A stretch of DNA of 64,000 nt from a plasmid. The position numbers were made by a program, and so were the translations under genes. The DNA lies in the sequence record NZ_CP145916.1. One strand, given 5' to 3'. A model generated the notes under the pieces. That model was not told the DNA's origin. It ran no database searches and was given only the letters and a program-made list of their open reading frames with translations. This document shows positions 17,884-27,785 of the stretch, in pieces (position 1 is the first letter of the stretch; each line of letters begins with the position of its first letter).

Positions 17884-18087
17884 ATGGAAAGAATGAAAAT
17901 ATCTCTGGTCAACGGTGTTGTTCTCAATGTCAGCCGCTTTAATGCCGATTTCTCATTGAAGTCACAAGCAGACGTGATGAAAGAGTCTGCTGAGCGTTGC
18001 TCAAGTTTATTTACTGCTGGTGCGCTGGTGGATGAACGCTATCGCATCGTGGCGCAATTTGATGCTTTCGGTACTGTACTCGCTTAA
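17884..18087 (+). CDS. small hypothetical protein
   Basis: 67-aa ORF downstream of motif copy 3. Confidence 0.35.
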   Translation: MERMKISLVNGVVLNVSRFNADFSLKSQADVMKESAERCSSLFTAGALVDERYRIVAQFDAFGTVLA

Positions 18088-18140
18088 TCATATGCTATAT
18101 GTTTAAGTAATTATCATTTAACGCATCTTGGGGGGGTGCC

Positions 18141-18530
18141 ATGAAAGAGATTTCCAAAGATGTTGCTATCGTATCGTTGATCCACCGCGACTGGTCGTGC
18201 GAGGCGATTTACTACCGGGTAAAAACAATCCCTATGCCGGGTTCTCCTGCTGGTGGTAATCATCTTTTCGTCATCATTGAAGACAAGTGCGAGTTGATGG
18301 ATAACGAAAAAAGTCGTGAGAGTTTTTCACGAATTATCTTATCCCGTTATCCCGGCATCCCTGCGAAGCGTTTGCATCTCATCTTCTTTGTTTCCTGTGT
18401 CGAAAAACCGAACGGAATGACTGTCAAAATGTATAATTTTGACAGAAATGATAATAGGCAGTCCGTGATTAAACCCGATCCTGTTGACTTCTCTGAGAAT
18501 ACAGCTGTGTGCGCAATGGTAATGTTTTAA
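18141..18530 (+). CDS. hypothetical protein
   Basis: 129-aa ORF with a G-rich SD. Confidence 0.4.
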   Translation: MKEISKDVAIVSLIHRDWSCEAIYYRVKTIPMPGSPAGGNHLFVIIEDKCELMDNEKSRESFSRIILSRYPGIPAKRLHLIFFVSCVEKPNGMTVKMYNFDRNDNRQSVIKPDPVDFSENTAVCAMVMF

Positions 18531-18666
18531 TCTTGCTTGTCATCTCATTGAAAGGGGCGTTTAATTCGCCTCTTTTCATTTCTAAAGTCTCGAAATTAAA
18601 ATGCATTACCCATTCAGTTTCTACCCTCTGAACATCCTGATAAAACTTAAAAAAAGTGTCTCTCAA

Positions 18667-18676
18667 CTATTCGACC
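18667..18676 (+). promoter_or_regulatory. CTATTCGACC promoter-like motif, copy 4
   Basis: Motif plus GTGCCTCGTG and a gattatat -10-like element. It precedes the 18733 ORF. Confidence 0.45.
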
Positions 18677-18732
18677 CCCCTGTGCCTCGTGAGATTATAT
18701 TTGTGTAGCCAATAAAATAATGGAGCACACAA

Positions 18733-19170
18733 ATGAAAACCTTCTCTGACATTGTTAACCATATGAATCTGAATAATCACAATATTACTATCGCGCAAGT
18801 ACGTAAAACCGTTACTAGCTGGGGCAAGCGTAATACGCTGGTTCGTAGTGTTGTAAAATATCAAGTCTGGCTGGATAGCAATGATAATAACGACCGTGTT
18901 GTTATCTCAGGTGAGGTTATTCTTAATAACAAAAAAACTGGCCCGGAGAAGGGCGTAGACATGCCGATGGAAATTCATCATTACTCTGACTTTGATACGG
19001 TGAAGCGTACTTTTACTAAAAGCCATCCTGAGCAGTATTTCCGTATCGACGGTCTGGAAAATCCGGCAGACGTTAAATCCATGTATCAGTCACTTGGTAA
19101 GGTTATTGAAGGCATGGTTATCAATGAAAGTTTTCGCGTTCCCGGCATGACAGAATATCTGCCTGCCTAA
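18733..19170 (+). CDS. hypothetical protein
   Basis: 145-aa ORF. Confidence 0.4.
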   Translation: MKTFSDIVNHMNLNNHNITIAQVRKTVTSWGKRNTLVRSVVKYQVWLDSNDNNDRVVISGEVILNNKKTGPEKGVDMPMEIHHYSDFDTVKRTFTKSHPEQYFRIDGLENPADVKSMYQSLGKVIEGMVINESFRVPGMTEYLPA

Positions 19171-19217
19171 CCGACTCGGGGCGCTAAGCCCCATTCTCAT
19201 TGATTTAAGGAGCTGCC

Positions 19218-19559
19218 ATGACGACTAAACAAACACACAAAAATCCTTCTATTCAGCGTGAGATCGTTCGTAATCTTGCGGCTGGAATGCAATTGACCAC
19301 CGTGAAAGAGCTAACTCGAATGGTTAAAGAGGTCGGATATCGTTTTGACCGGGATCTTGATACTCGTAGCACATCCAGAATTATGAGTGGCCCCGGTGCC
19401 GGTGATTCCTATCCGAATTGCTATTTATACGTCGTTCAAGATGATGATGGTTTATCTGCTTATCATTATCAGGCACGCCGTGATGCCAATTATGAAAAAC
19501 TTAAAACAATCAGAAATGATTTCTTTGCTGTGACTAACAACCACGTTGTTGTTTTTTAA
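19218..19559 (+). CDS. hypothetical protein
   Basis: 113-aa ORF with the SD aaggag. Confidence 0.4.
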   Translation: MTTKQTHKNPSIQREIVRNLAAGMQLTTVKELTRMVKEVGYRFDRDLDTRSTSRIMSGPGAGDSYPNCYLYVVQDDDGLSAYHYQARRDANYEKLKTIRNDFFAVTNNHVVVF

Positions 19560-19778
19560 TTGCAGGGGTGACGTATGGAATGTTTAATGAAAAAGCGTGT
19601 TAAATTAAGAGCAAGAATTGCTCGCGCAAGAAGAAATGTTAAGTTCTTTTATTTTGATCACATCCGATATCAGGGTGGCGGGTTTACTCATAGTGAATTG
19701 AAAAGTGCGTTATCTGAAAAGCACCTTTGTGATTCACTGATTAAGCCATTCGACCGATAATGTAGGAGCGGCCATTTA

Positions 19779-20405
19779 TTGACGGGCGTGCTTTTACGCC
19801 CTTTATTGCGCCATGAAAGAATTAAAATAAAAGCGAGAATAGACATGTTTAGTGGTAAGTACGGTTTGCAAACGGGTTCTGAGTATCATGAATGCCTTAT
19901 TTCTTTCGTGAAAAGCGAAAAGATGAATGGTAATCTGTCTCTTCGCAAATATAACTTTATTGCGTGCTTAAAATGGGTTCTGCCCATCCTGATTATTTTT
20001 ACTGGCATATACTTTCTTGGCGCGATCTACCTTTTTATTGTTGAATCTTCTCTTTTGTCGCTGGTTATCGCTATTGCGTTGGGGGCGGCTCTTATCATTG
20101 TGTTATCCATATTAAGCATTTTCCCTTTCGACCTGCAAAGTCAGTTCGATGCGATTGATGGCCGTTTTGATGATGAAAGCCTTTTACGCCTGTGTAAGCA
20201 CAATGCCCCAGATGACGTGATAGACCAGATTATCCGGGCGTTAAAGAACGGTAATACGCTGAGCTTCTCTGAGCTGTATGATATTTTCTGGCTATGTAGT
20301 CGGACAAGTGCTGGCGTTGATGGGGGGAGACTGTTGGCTGAACGTTATGCTCAAATCAAATGTCGTGTCCGGCTCCGCCCTTTCACCAAAGGTCATACAG
20401 AATGA
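19779..20405 (+). CDS. Membrane protein (multiple TM helices)
   Basis: Hydrophobic stretches. The stop overlaps the next start (ATGA). Confidence 0.45.
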   Translation: MTGVLLRPLLRHERIKIKARIDMFSGKYGLQTGSEYHECLISFVKSEKMNGNLSLRKYNFIACLKWVLPILIIFTGIYFLGAIYLFIVESSLLSLVIAIALGAALIIVLSILSIFPFDLQSQFDAIDGRFDDESLLRLCKHNAPDDVIDQIIRALKNGNTLSFSELYDIFWLCSRTSAGVDGGRLLAERYAQIKCRVRLRPFTKGHTE

Positions 20406-21151
20406 GAAGAGAATGGATCTTGACGTTTCCAGAAGTGAAGGCGTGTCTCGCCGCGTCGTGCAGGTATGTCGCACTATCGAAAAACACTTTTGTGGTATCG
20501 CTAATTTGCGTGGCCGGGTTCCTCGCCTGTTGGCTAACTCTCGCCGGAGTGAGCAGGGCATTGCAGCAGGAAGCCACGCTATCGCTATTTGTCTCGTACT
20601 TCGTCTTTATGATTGCGGCAGTGAGCTGGTCGCTGAGGGTGGAGGGTACGCATAAGGGCATGATAATGGTGATCGGGGGTATTTTCATTTCGATACTTTC
20701 GTTCTGGAATTATCAGGGGCTGGGGATGATGTCCGTATTGGAACATTCAGGCGAATCATTCCCGCTTTCCGGGCTCAATGCCTTTATCTCTATGGATGAT
20801 CTGATAGCCACTAGCGCCTTGTCTTCTTTATGGAATGGGTTCTACTGGATACCACTTTGTTTTATCCTTCTGCCCAAGTTCCGGGCTGATAAAACAGTGA
20901 TGATGCACATGGCCTACCGGCTTCTGATTAATTTCCCGGTATGGGTCATACAAGTGTTTGTCTTTTCTTCGCTGTCTCTAGCTCTTTTACTGGCCTCATC
21001 TCTCACTAATTTGCCTGTGATCGTAGTTCCTCTGTTAATGGTATGGAACTGCGTTTTTGTCTTTCTCGTGCTGGTGAGAATTGAGAACGGTACGCCACCA
21101 GCCGTGATAATGGCTCAGATAGCCCGCATAAAATTAACTTTGAGGACATGA
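20402..21151 (+). CDS. Polytopic membrane protein
   Basis: Start MRREWIL… at the ATGA overlap (the ORF track's 20360 start is upstream). More than six predicted TM segments. Confidence 0.45.
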   Translation: MRREWILTFPEVKACLAASCRYVALSKNTFVVSLICVAGFLACWLTLAGVSRALQQEATLSLFVSYFVFMIAAVSWSLRVEGTHKGMIMVIGGIFISILSFWNYQGLGMMSVLEHSGESFPLSGLNAFISMDDLIATSALSSLWNGFYWIPLCFILLPKFRADKTVMMHMAYRLLINFPVWVIQVFVFSSLSLALLLASSLTNLPVIVVPLLMVWNCVFVFLVLVRIENGTPPAVIMAQIARIKLTLRT

Positions 21152-21711
21152 ATATGCGTCGTAGCTTTCATGATAAAAGCGCAGTTGTATCGACCATCGC
21201 AGATGCTGACCTTTCCCCGGTAAAAGAGTGGTTCCCGACCACGCCTACCGGAAATGGCCTGCCGAAAGAGCCGGGCGTGTATCGTTTCAGAATACCAATG
21301 GAACATACCCCTGATGAAAGCATTGAGTTTCTTGCCCTGTTGCGCTGGCGCAGGCATGGGGTGAAGAACATCCTTTTTCCGACGTTTGAATACTTTGTTG
21401 ATGACGAGTTTATTACCATTCCCGAAGGTACTGAATGGTCACACCGGGAGCCGGGCGATCCTGATTTTTTACTTCCTGACGCTTTTCCTATTGCGCAGCC
21501 CGTTAACGATATTGTTCACGCTTGCCCGTTCTGCAAACAAAAGCCTCAAATCAAGGGGCGTAAAATAGACCTTACTACCGGTGACAAATTCTCTACCGAT
21601 TTGCCGTACCGGTTTAATCAATTCTGGTTCGTTTGCTGTGAATGGATCGGCCCTGCAAACAGAAAAACAATTACTGAGCTGATTAGCGACTGGGATAGGA
21701 CGCTAGGTTAG
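21148..21711 (+). CDS. hypothetical protein (Cys-containing)
   Basis: Overlaps the upstream stop (ATGA). 187 aa. Confidence 0.4.
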   Translation: MNMRRSFHDKSAVVSTIADADLSPVKEWFPTTPTGNGLPKEPGVYRFRIPMEHTPDESIEFLALLRWRRHGVKNILFPTFEYFVDDEFITIPEGTEWSHREPGDPDFLLPDAFPIAQPVNDIVHACPFCKQKPQIKGRKIDLTTGDKFSTDLPYRFNQFWFVCCEWIGPANRKTITELISDWDRTLG

Positions 21712-21819
21712 AGCATTGACAATGCTTTGCCAAAGGGCACGGTTTGAAGAAGTGATGTGTTTTAAACAATGTATTGAAAGCAAAAAACTATTACTCATCT
21801 GATGATGTAAGGGGACAAG

Positions 21820-23250
21820 ATGAAAAAGATAATTATGGATGAGTGTCACAACCTCATAGACACAGCATCCTCCAGACTGACCGAAGAACTTCGTCGTATT
21901 GAGGGAGTCCCGGACGTAGCATACCGTGTTGAAGGCGAGAGCGTTTTTGTTTTTGATATCCTCCTTTCCATTGTGAAAAACATCAAGTTGCCTTCTGACC
22001 CGACTGAGCGCGAAGACGTGTTACGTGTCATCGTTCCTGATTTACTGCCCACTGCCTATGTCTCAGCGATAGATGCTGTCACTTCATATGGCATAACACC
22101 TGAACGCTATACCATTGTCGAACGAGACACCGGCTTTTACGTTAAAAATACCGCGCTGAAATCAGTCATCCCGGTAGCCGTCGCATCCGTAGAAGAGGCC
22201 CAAGTTTTACTTGCCGATGTGCTGGTGGGCAAAAGAATCCCCACTGATCACGATGACCTTATTGCAAGTGGTGAAGTGCGCCCTGTCAAAAACAATTTCG
22301 TTCTCGCAGTGAGTGACAGAACAGGTCAACATGCAATGGGTACAACTAAGCCCACTCTTTTTTATGCCTTTGGTGATCAAGTCTTTGAGAATACCCCTAA
22401 CGGGGTAGATGAGTTTGATTTTACGCTCCCTGATACGTGCTCTTTCTTCCTGTTCGATACAACCAGTGTTGCTAACTCAGGAAAGATTGGAGGTGTGCCT
22501 CCTGCTTCATTCCGTGAGGGTTGTTTGCTGTTGTCTCGTGAACGCTACGCAATGATGGTCGAACAAGCGGTACAGTGGTTTTTAGCCTCTGATACTGCGG
22601 TTGGTATTGCCAAATCGATTTATGCTGATAAGCAGGCTTGCCAGTCGCTTTTCACCGCAATCATTTCTGAGACAGCAGGGCAAGTATCCGGCGTTGTATT
22701 CAATGAAGATGAAACGGCTGTGGTCGGGGCTATCCGCCGTGAGTTTCCTGAGCTGTCCGGTATCCACGATGCCGATATTTATGAGCACTATTGCGAGTTC
22801 CGTCGTGTAGAACATTACTTGAGAAGTGTCGATGCCTCTGATGTTTTTCGTGATACAGAATATCTGTTTTATTTTCTCGGTGATTTCTGCCAGTCCGACC
22901 TGAGCGACGAGCAAAAACTTCAAAACAACGTGGCTGTAGGTGCCATAGCGGCTTACTTTTTTAGTCTTGGCCGTAATGTAAATGATGTGAAATTGCTGGC
23001 AAAAATGTACGCGGGTCTGACTAAGACAGTTCATCGAGTGATGTGGGACTGTAGATGCTTGTTCGACTATCTTTTTAAAGTCAGTAATCAAGGCGGGAAA
23101 ATAACATCTGGTAGCCGGGTGAAAACGCTAAACGATATGTTCAGATCAGCGAGAACAACTAACAGCTCAGCCGTATACCTCGAGCAATCCCTGTCAGATT
23201 TTATGGATAGCAGTGCAATGCCAGATATGTCTAAAATCACTAAGCATTAA
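21820..23250 (+). CDS. Large hypothetical protein
   Basis: 476-aa ORF with the SD aaggggacaagATG. Confidence 0.45.
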   Translation: MKKIIMDECHNLIDTASSRLTEELRRIEGVPDVAYRVEGESVFVFDILLSIVKNIKLPSDPTEREDVLRVIVPDLLPTAYVSAIDAVTSYGITPERYTIVERDTGFYVKNTALKSVIPVAVASVEEAQVLLADVLVGKRIPTDHDDLIASGEVRPVKNNFVLAVSDRTGQHAMGTTKPTLFYAFGDQVFENTPNGVDEFDFTLPDTCSFFLFDTTSVANSGKIGGVPPASFREGCLLLSRERYAMMVEQAVQWFLASDTAVGIAKSIYADKQACQSLFTAIISETAGQVSGVVFNEDETAVVGAIRREFPELSGIHDADIYEHYCEFRRVEHYLRSVDASDVFRDTEYLFYFLGDFCQSDLSDEQKLQNNVAVGAIAAYFFSLGRNVNDVKLLAKMYAGLTKTVHRVMWDCRCLFDYLFKVSNQGGKITSGSRVKTLNDMFRSARTTNSSAVYLEQSLSDFMDSSAMPDMSKITKH

Positions 23251-23269
23251 TCGCATTACCGGGGGGTAT

Positions 23270-24160
23270 ATGCAACGAATGTATAACGAGTCACCTTTCT
23301 CTGTACGTCATTACCTTGACGGCTACGAAGGTAGTTTTCTCTGCAAGATGGCCCACCAGCCTGAGTTCGCTGATCCGTGCTCTGCCGATATGACAGAGGC
23401 GGAAATAGCTGCCTGTGTCGATGTCTGGTTATCTGTCCACCACTGGGAAACATTCCCAGAAGTGGCATTAAAAAACCGTGCAAAACGCCCGGATCTCATT
23501 GCCCGAAAAGCACAGTGGCTTCACGTCATTGAGTGCAAAAAAACCTTTGGTCTGCCCGTGATGGAACAGGCATTCAGCTGGCTGAATAGCCACCATAACC
23601 CTAGAGCCGGATTGCCCCACCTGATTAGCATTGCAGTGAAGCGCAATGCCACCAGCAGGCGGAGCGATTTCGGTGTTGAGCTGGTGAAAAAAAGCGGTAT
23701 AGGGCTCATAGAAATTGAGAAGCGGGCGGGTAGCAAGCTGGGTTCTGGTGACGATCTGGAGATTATCCCTCCTACATACGCCCTGATAGTTATTGTTGAG
23801 CCCCGGATTATTCCGGGCTCACGACGCTTAGGCCGTGTTTTGTCAGAACAGTTGAATGCAGATACCCGAATCGCGACAGCGGGCACACCGGGCAATACAG
23901 GCATGTATATGACCGACTGGAAACGCACCATGCTACGCGTGGAGCAGTACCTCCATAACGGCGAGCCTCGCAGTAGCAGCGAATTAGTGACCTATCTGGA
24001 TAGCACGGGCGGGCACCACTGGTGCAACAAAAGCAGTGCCATTAGCGGGATTAATGCCAGTCTGTCACGGCTGGGTTACGTCCGTTGCGGCCACGCACCG
24101 GGGAAGACCAACTTATGGGGTTGGGTAGAGGGTAAAACAAAAAAAATCATTAAGCGCTAA
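23270..24160 (+). CDS. Hypothetical protein with a possible PD-(D/E)xK nuclease motif
   Basis: RPDLIARKAQWLHVIECKK fits PD…ExK. The start shares the 17-mer TTACCGGGGGGTATATG with dinI-like. Confidence 0.35.
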   Translation: MQRMYNESPFSVRHYLDGYEGSFLCKMAHQPEFADPCSADMTEAEIAACVDVWLSVHHWETFPEVALKNRAKRPDLIARKAQWLHVIECKKTFGLPVMEQAFSWLNSHHNPRAGLPHLISIAVKRNATSRRSDFGVELVKKSGIGLIEIEKRAGSKLGSGDDLEIIPPTYALIVIVEPRIIPGSRRLGRVLSEQLNADTRIATAGTPGNTGMYMTDWKRTMLRVEQYLHNGEPRSSSELVTYLDSTGGHHWCNKSSAISGINASLSRLGYVRCGHAPGKTNLWGWVEGKTKKIIKR

Positions 24161-24227
24161 AAGGCTTCGAGTTTCGTTTCAGTGTGTGAGAATAGCTAAG
24201 GCAAGCAAACTCCGGGGGGGAGTGTCC

Positions 24228-24425
24228 ATGTTCTATCCATTTGTTGGTTCACTGAGTTTTATGCTGTTCCTGACCTTTATGGGCGCAAGCAGCATCATTG
24301 TGCTTATCCATAAAGAGGATGGCGTGAAATATACAGTTCGGCATTTATCTTTCCTCGTTGCAAGCTGTGTGATAGCCGCTCTGTTTCTGCTATTAACGAT
24401 ATATTTCGTTTACCAATCGATCTGA
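24228..24425 (+). CDS. Small membrane protein
   Basis: Two hydrophobic helices. SD gggggggag. Confidence 0.35.
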   Translation: MFYPFVGSLSFMLFLTFMGASSIIVLIHKEDGVKYTVRHLSFLVASCVIAALFLLLTIYFVYQSI

Positions 24426-24441
24426 CATTACAGGAGGTTCA

Positions 24442-24900
24442 GTGGATTCATATTATGTGGTTTGGGGATGGGCTATCGTTTGTGCGGTATTTATTTTGGT
24501 CGAGCTTTTCACTTCAACCTTCTTCGGGTTGTGGATGGCAATCGCGGCAATTGTGCCTGCGTTTATCGCGTTCTTCCTCCCGGACGTCTCACTGGTGTGG
24601 CAGATAGGGATATGGATAGTGTCCATGATTGTCTGTTCCTTCGTTTGGGTGAAGGTCAGCAAAAAAACCTATCCAGACCAGACCATAGAAGACAGCATTG
24701 TCGGGCAAATTGGCATTTTGTCTCGTGGATGTTCGCGGGAAACCTGCGGCGTTCTTATTCTGCAAAAACCCGTGGAAGGTTTAACGGAATGGAAATGTTT
24801 TTCTGATGAAGAATTGAAGACCAGTACCCGTGTTGTCGTTTCCCAAAAAGTCAATCCCGGTGTAGTGCATGTTACACCATCCAAAACATCTTTTTTGTAA
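24442..24900 (+). CDS. NfeD-like membrane protein (YbbJ family)
   Basis: N-terminal TM helices plus a C-terminal soluble domain. Lies immediately upstream of an SPFH protein, the usual NfeD arrangement. Confidence 0.55.
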   Translation: MDSYYVVWGWAIVCAVFILVELFTSTFFGLWMAIAAIVPAFIAFFLPDVSLVWQIGIWIVSMIVCSFVWVKVSKKTYPDQTIEDSIVGQIGILSRGCSRETCGVLILQKPVEGLTEWKCFSDEELKTSTRVVVSQKVNPGVVHVTPSKTSFL

Positions 24901-24917
24901 TATAAAGGTTTTGAATT

Positions 24918-25841
24918 ATGTCTATTGGATTAATTGCTATCGTCATCATCCTCGCCGTCGTACTGCTGACTCTGTTCAAATGCGTGCGCATTGTTCCTCA
25001 AGGGCAGCTGTGGCTGGTGGAGCGACTTGGCCGCTACCATAAGCAGTTAAACGCGGGCCTTAACATCGTTATTCCTTTCGTGGACAGTGTGGCCTATCGT
25101 CTCTCGACGAAAGACCAGATCATGAAAATCCCTTCTCAGGAAGTTATCTCAAAAGATAACGCCGTGCTGTCTGTAAATGCTATCACTTACGTAAAAGTAG
25201 TCGATGCTCAGAAGGCCGCGTATGGTGTGGAAAATTATCAGTTAGCCACAGTTAACCTTGCTATGACTTCACTTCGTGCGGCAATTGGTAAGCTTGAGCT
25301 GGATGAGAGCCTGTCACAACGAGATGAGATCCGAGCCGCATTACTAAACTCAATGGCTGACCAGATGACTGACTGGGGGCTTGAGCTCCGTTCTATTGAG
25401 ATTCAAGATATTAACCCGTCTGAGTCTATGCAGGAATCGATGGAAGAGCAGGCAGCTGCTGAGCGTAAACGCAAAGCAACAGAAACTATGGCCGCTGGTA
25501 ACAAGCGAGCTGCAATTCTGGAAGCTGAGGGCGTGAAAGAGTCAACAGTCCTACGTGCTCAGGCCGATAAAGAAGCTGCCGTATTACACGCGGAAGCCCA
25601 CGTATCCGAAGCCGAGGGTATTAAGAAAGCAAACGAACTGCTGGCTGAATTAATGAATAACGCTGGTGGTGAGAAAGCGATGCAATTCCAGTTAGCGACC
25701 CGGTACATCAGTGCGCTGTCTTCTCTAGGTGAGAGCGAAAATGCGAAAATCATTGCGATGCCTGCTGATTTAAATGCTGCGGTTAGCGGCCTTGTGGGAT
25801 CCGGTGTTGCTCTGGGTGCGGGCAGCGAGCTCGCTAAATAA
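24918..25841 (+). CDS. SPFH/Band-7 (stomatin/QmcA-like) protein
   Basis: N-terminal TM helix, a conserved SPFH core (VPQGQLWLVERLGRYHK…) and a coiled-coil Ala/Glu-rich C-terminus. Confidence 0.7.
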   Translation: MSIGLIAIVIILAVVLLTLFKCVRIVPQGQLWLVERLGRYHKQLNAGLNIVIPFVDSVAYRLSTKDQIMKIPSQEVISKDNAVLSVNAITYVKVVDAQKAAYGVENYQLATVNLAMTSLRAAIGKLELDESLSQRDEIRAALLNSMADQMTDWGLELRSIEIQDINPSESMQESMEEQAAAERKRKATETMAAGNKRAAILEAEGVKESTVLRAQADKEAAVLHAEAHVSEAEGIKKANELLAELMNNAGGEKAMQFQLATRYISALSSLGESENAKIIAMPADLNAAVSGLVGSGVALGAGSELAK

Positions 25842-25954
25842 TTCGGGATGATGGGGGCATCTGCCCCCATTCATTTGCAAACTGTTAAGTCATGATGAAA
25901 GTCACCTGAACAAGATTTTCATGATCACTTAATACAAATGAAAATGAGGCCGTA

Positions 25955-26227
25955 ATGAAAGCACTGATTATTGTGCCACTGGTATTTGTTCTGGCGGGTT
26001 GTTCTTCTATGAGCCTTGATGAACAGTACGAGCAGGCATACGCAGACGTAGTGCGCGAGCCTAATGCTGAAAACGTGGCTCGTTACATGCAGCTGAGTAA
26101 GAATGTTGCTGATCGCGATATGGAGAGAGCTAATCGTGCAGCAGAGGCCGCTACCATCGAAAGTGACAAAGGTTTCACTGAATATTTCAAAAGATATGGC
26201 AGTGATGAGTTCAAAAAAAGTCGCTAG
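25955..26227 (+). CDS. Small lipoprotein
   Basis: Lipobox LAGC after the signal peptide. Confidence 0.45.
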   Translation: MKALIIVPLVFVLAGCSSMSLDEQYEQAYADVVREPNAENVARYMQLSKNVADRDMERANRAAEAATIESDKGFTEYFKRYGSDEFKKSR

Positions 26228-26253
26228 TCAAAGACTGGCAATAGGATGAAATT

Positions 26254-26694
26254 ATGGAAAAAAATCAAGAAAACACTTTTTTCGTGGGCGCGTTGTGGGC
26301 TGCGTCCGTTGTCTGGCGCTGTCACACTGACCGCATCATCGTGGGTGATTTGTTGAAAGAGATCCCGGACATCGACGATGTAGCCAAAATCAGCAAAGAA
26401 TACGACATTCAGCCATTGCGGCGGAACGTGATGCAGACTCTCCCTCTCGCTCAGGATGCCACGTATGAAAGCATTAGCTATGGCCCGCTGGACAGAATGG
26501 GACGGCTGATTTGCGACCACACCGACGTGACAGGGAAGGACGAGGGTGATTTTGATTCATTCTGCGTGTATGCCGTTGAAGGCAATAACGACTGTCAGGT
26601 GCTGGTGGATGACCTGTATTCTAAAGAAGAGGCAGAAGACCGGGCGCGGATTTTTTCCGAACAGTTAACGCAGATTCTGGCCGCTAAACAGTAA
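26254..26694 (+). CDS. hypothetical protein
   Basis: 146-aa ORF. Confidence 0.4.
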   Translation: MEKNQENTFFVGALWAASVVWRCHTDRIIVGDLLKEIPDIDDVAKISKEYDIQPLRRNVMQTLPLAQDATYESISYGPLDRMGRLICDHTDVTGKDEGDFDSFCVYAVEGNNDCQVLVDDLYSKEEAEDRARIFSEQLTQILAAKQ

Positions 26695-26706
26695 CCGGGG
26701 GTTCAA

Positions 26707-27003
26707 ATGTCAGTTGCGCTAAAATGTACATTCAGCATTCCTGTTAACAATGATGAATTTGTCGTTCTCATCGATAAAGATCAGGGGGCTTCTGTAACCA
26801 ACGATGCCAATAACGTGATCAGCTGGCTTGTTGAGAACCTTGATAACGGCTTGGGTGAGCGTAAGGTCTATTACCGTGACACGACCGGCTCATATGATGA
26901 GATGGAGCATGAGAAGGGCGTCTTCGTTTCATTCAGTGCGTGCCCGTCGCATGTCAAAGAAGCACTGGCTGCGATGGTGGCGAAAGTATCCCCGGAGAGC
27001 TGA
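26707..27003 (+). CDS. hypothetical protein
   Basis: 98-aa ORF. Confidence 0.35.
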   Translation: MSVALKCTFSIPVNNDEFVVLIDKDQGASVTNDANNVISWLVENLDNGLGERKVYYRDTTGSYDEMEHEKGVFVSFSACPSHVKEALAAMVAKVSPES

Positions 27004-27005
27004 TA

Positions 27006-27554
27006 ATGATTGGTCAAAAGTGCCCTTCTTCACTTGCTGTCGGTACGGTGCTTTACAGTGCGTATTTTAATGTCGATTATCCGTCCGGCAAAGTGTCCGG
27101 GGATATTTATGAAGAGGTTGTACGTAGTATTAAGCGTTCACCCAACACCGGGAATGACTCAAAAAAGTACGTTCATGTTGTGAGAAAAATCGACGGCGTG
27201 ACGTGGGTCGATACGACTAAGCCACCAGCCACGCGATACGGTAAGAAGACTGAAAAAACGGAAGGCTGGGCATCAAGCATTCCGTCTTACTATCGCACAA
27301 AGTTTGTACTCAGTGACAACCTTCCGATGGGGTTTTGCACTACAAGGCTGTTAGCCATTAAATCCGCTATCAGTGGGATTAAAAGGAGCTTGCTTTGGTA
27401 TGACGCTGAGTTAGCCATTTACCGTAAGGATGGCACGGATCAGAAGCATATTGATGAGCTTATCAAGGAAAAGCAGGGGGTCGAGCGCTCGTTAACCCTT
27501 GCTAAATCGTTCCTTACCAAAGAAAAGAATAAACGGGAAAAGGCAACTAAATAG
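27006..27554 (+). CDS. hypothetical protein
   Basis: Starts MIGQK… 2 nt after the upstream stop. Followed by a hairpin terminator at 27551-27582. Confidence 0.4.
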   Translation: MIGQKCPSSLAVGTVLYSAYFNVDYPSGKVSGDIYEEVVRSIKRSPNTGNDSKKYVHVVRKIDGVTWVDTTKPPATRYGKKTEKTEGWASSIPSYYRTKFVLSDNLPMGFCTTRLLAIKSAISGIKRSLLWYDAELAIYRKDGTDQKHIDELIKEKQGVERSLTLAKSFLTKEKNKREKATK

Positions 27555-27785
27555 AAAAGGCTGGGGTTATACCTCAGCCTTTGAATCTTTCCCCCACCAG
27601 ATAGCGGCCACTCCCAACCTGATAAAAACACCGGCTTTTGGATGCCTCGCTATCTATCAGACCCAGCCTCTTATTCGTGTCTAAAACTGTTTTTTACGGT
27701 CATTAATGCTTCGGCCTCATTCTGTTAATGGTAAAATGTTTGTTACAAACAGCATATTTATTCATTGATTAATGAGGTATTAATT

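Noticed and set aside
27718-27750. LexA box upstream of ssb
   Set aside because: The palindrome TGTTTGTTACAAACA is present but does not fit CTGT-N8-ACAG. Not called.
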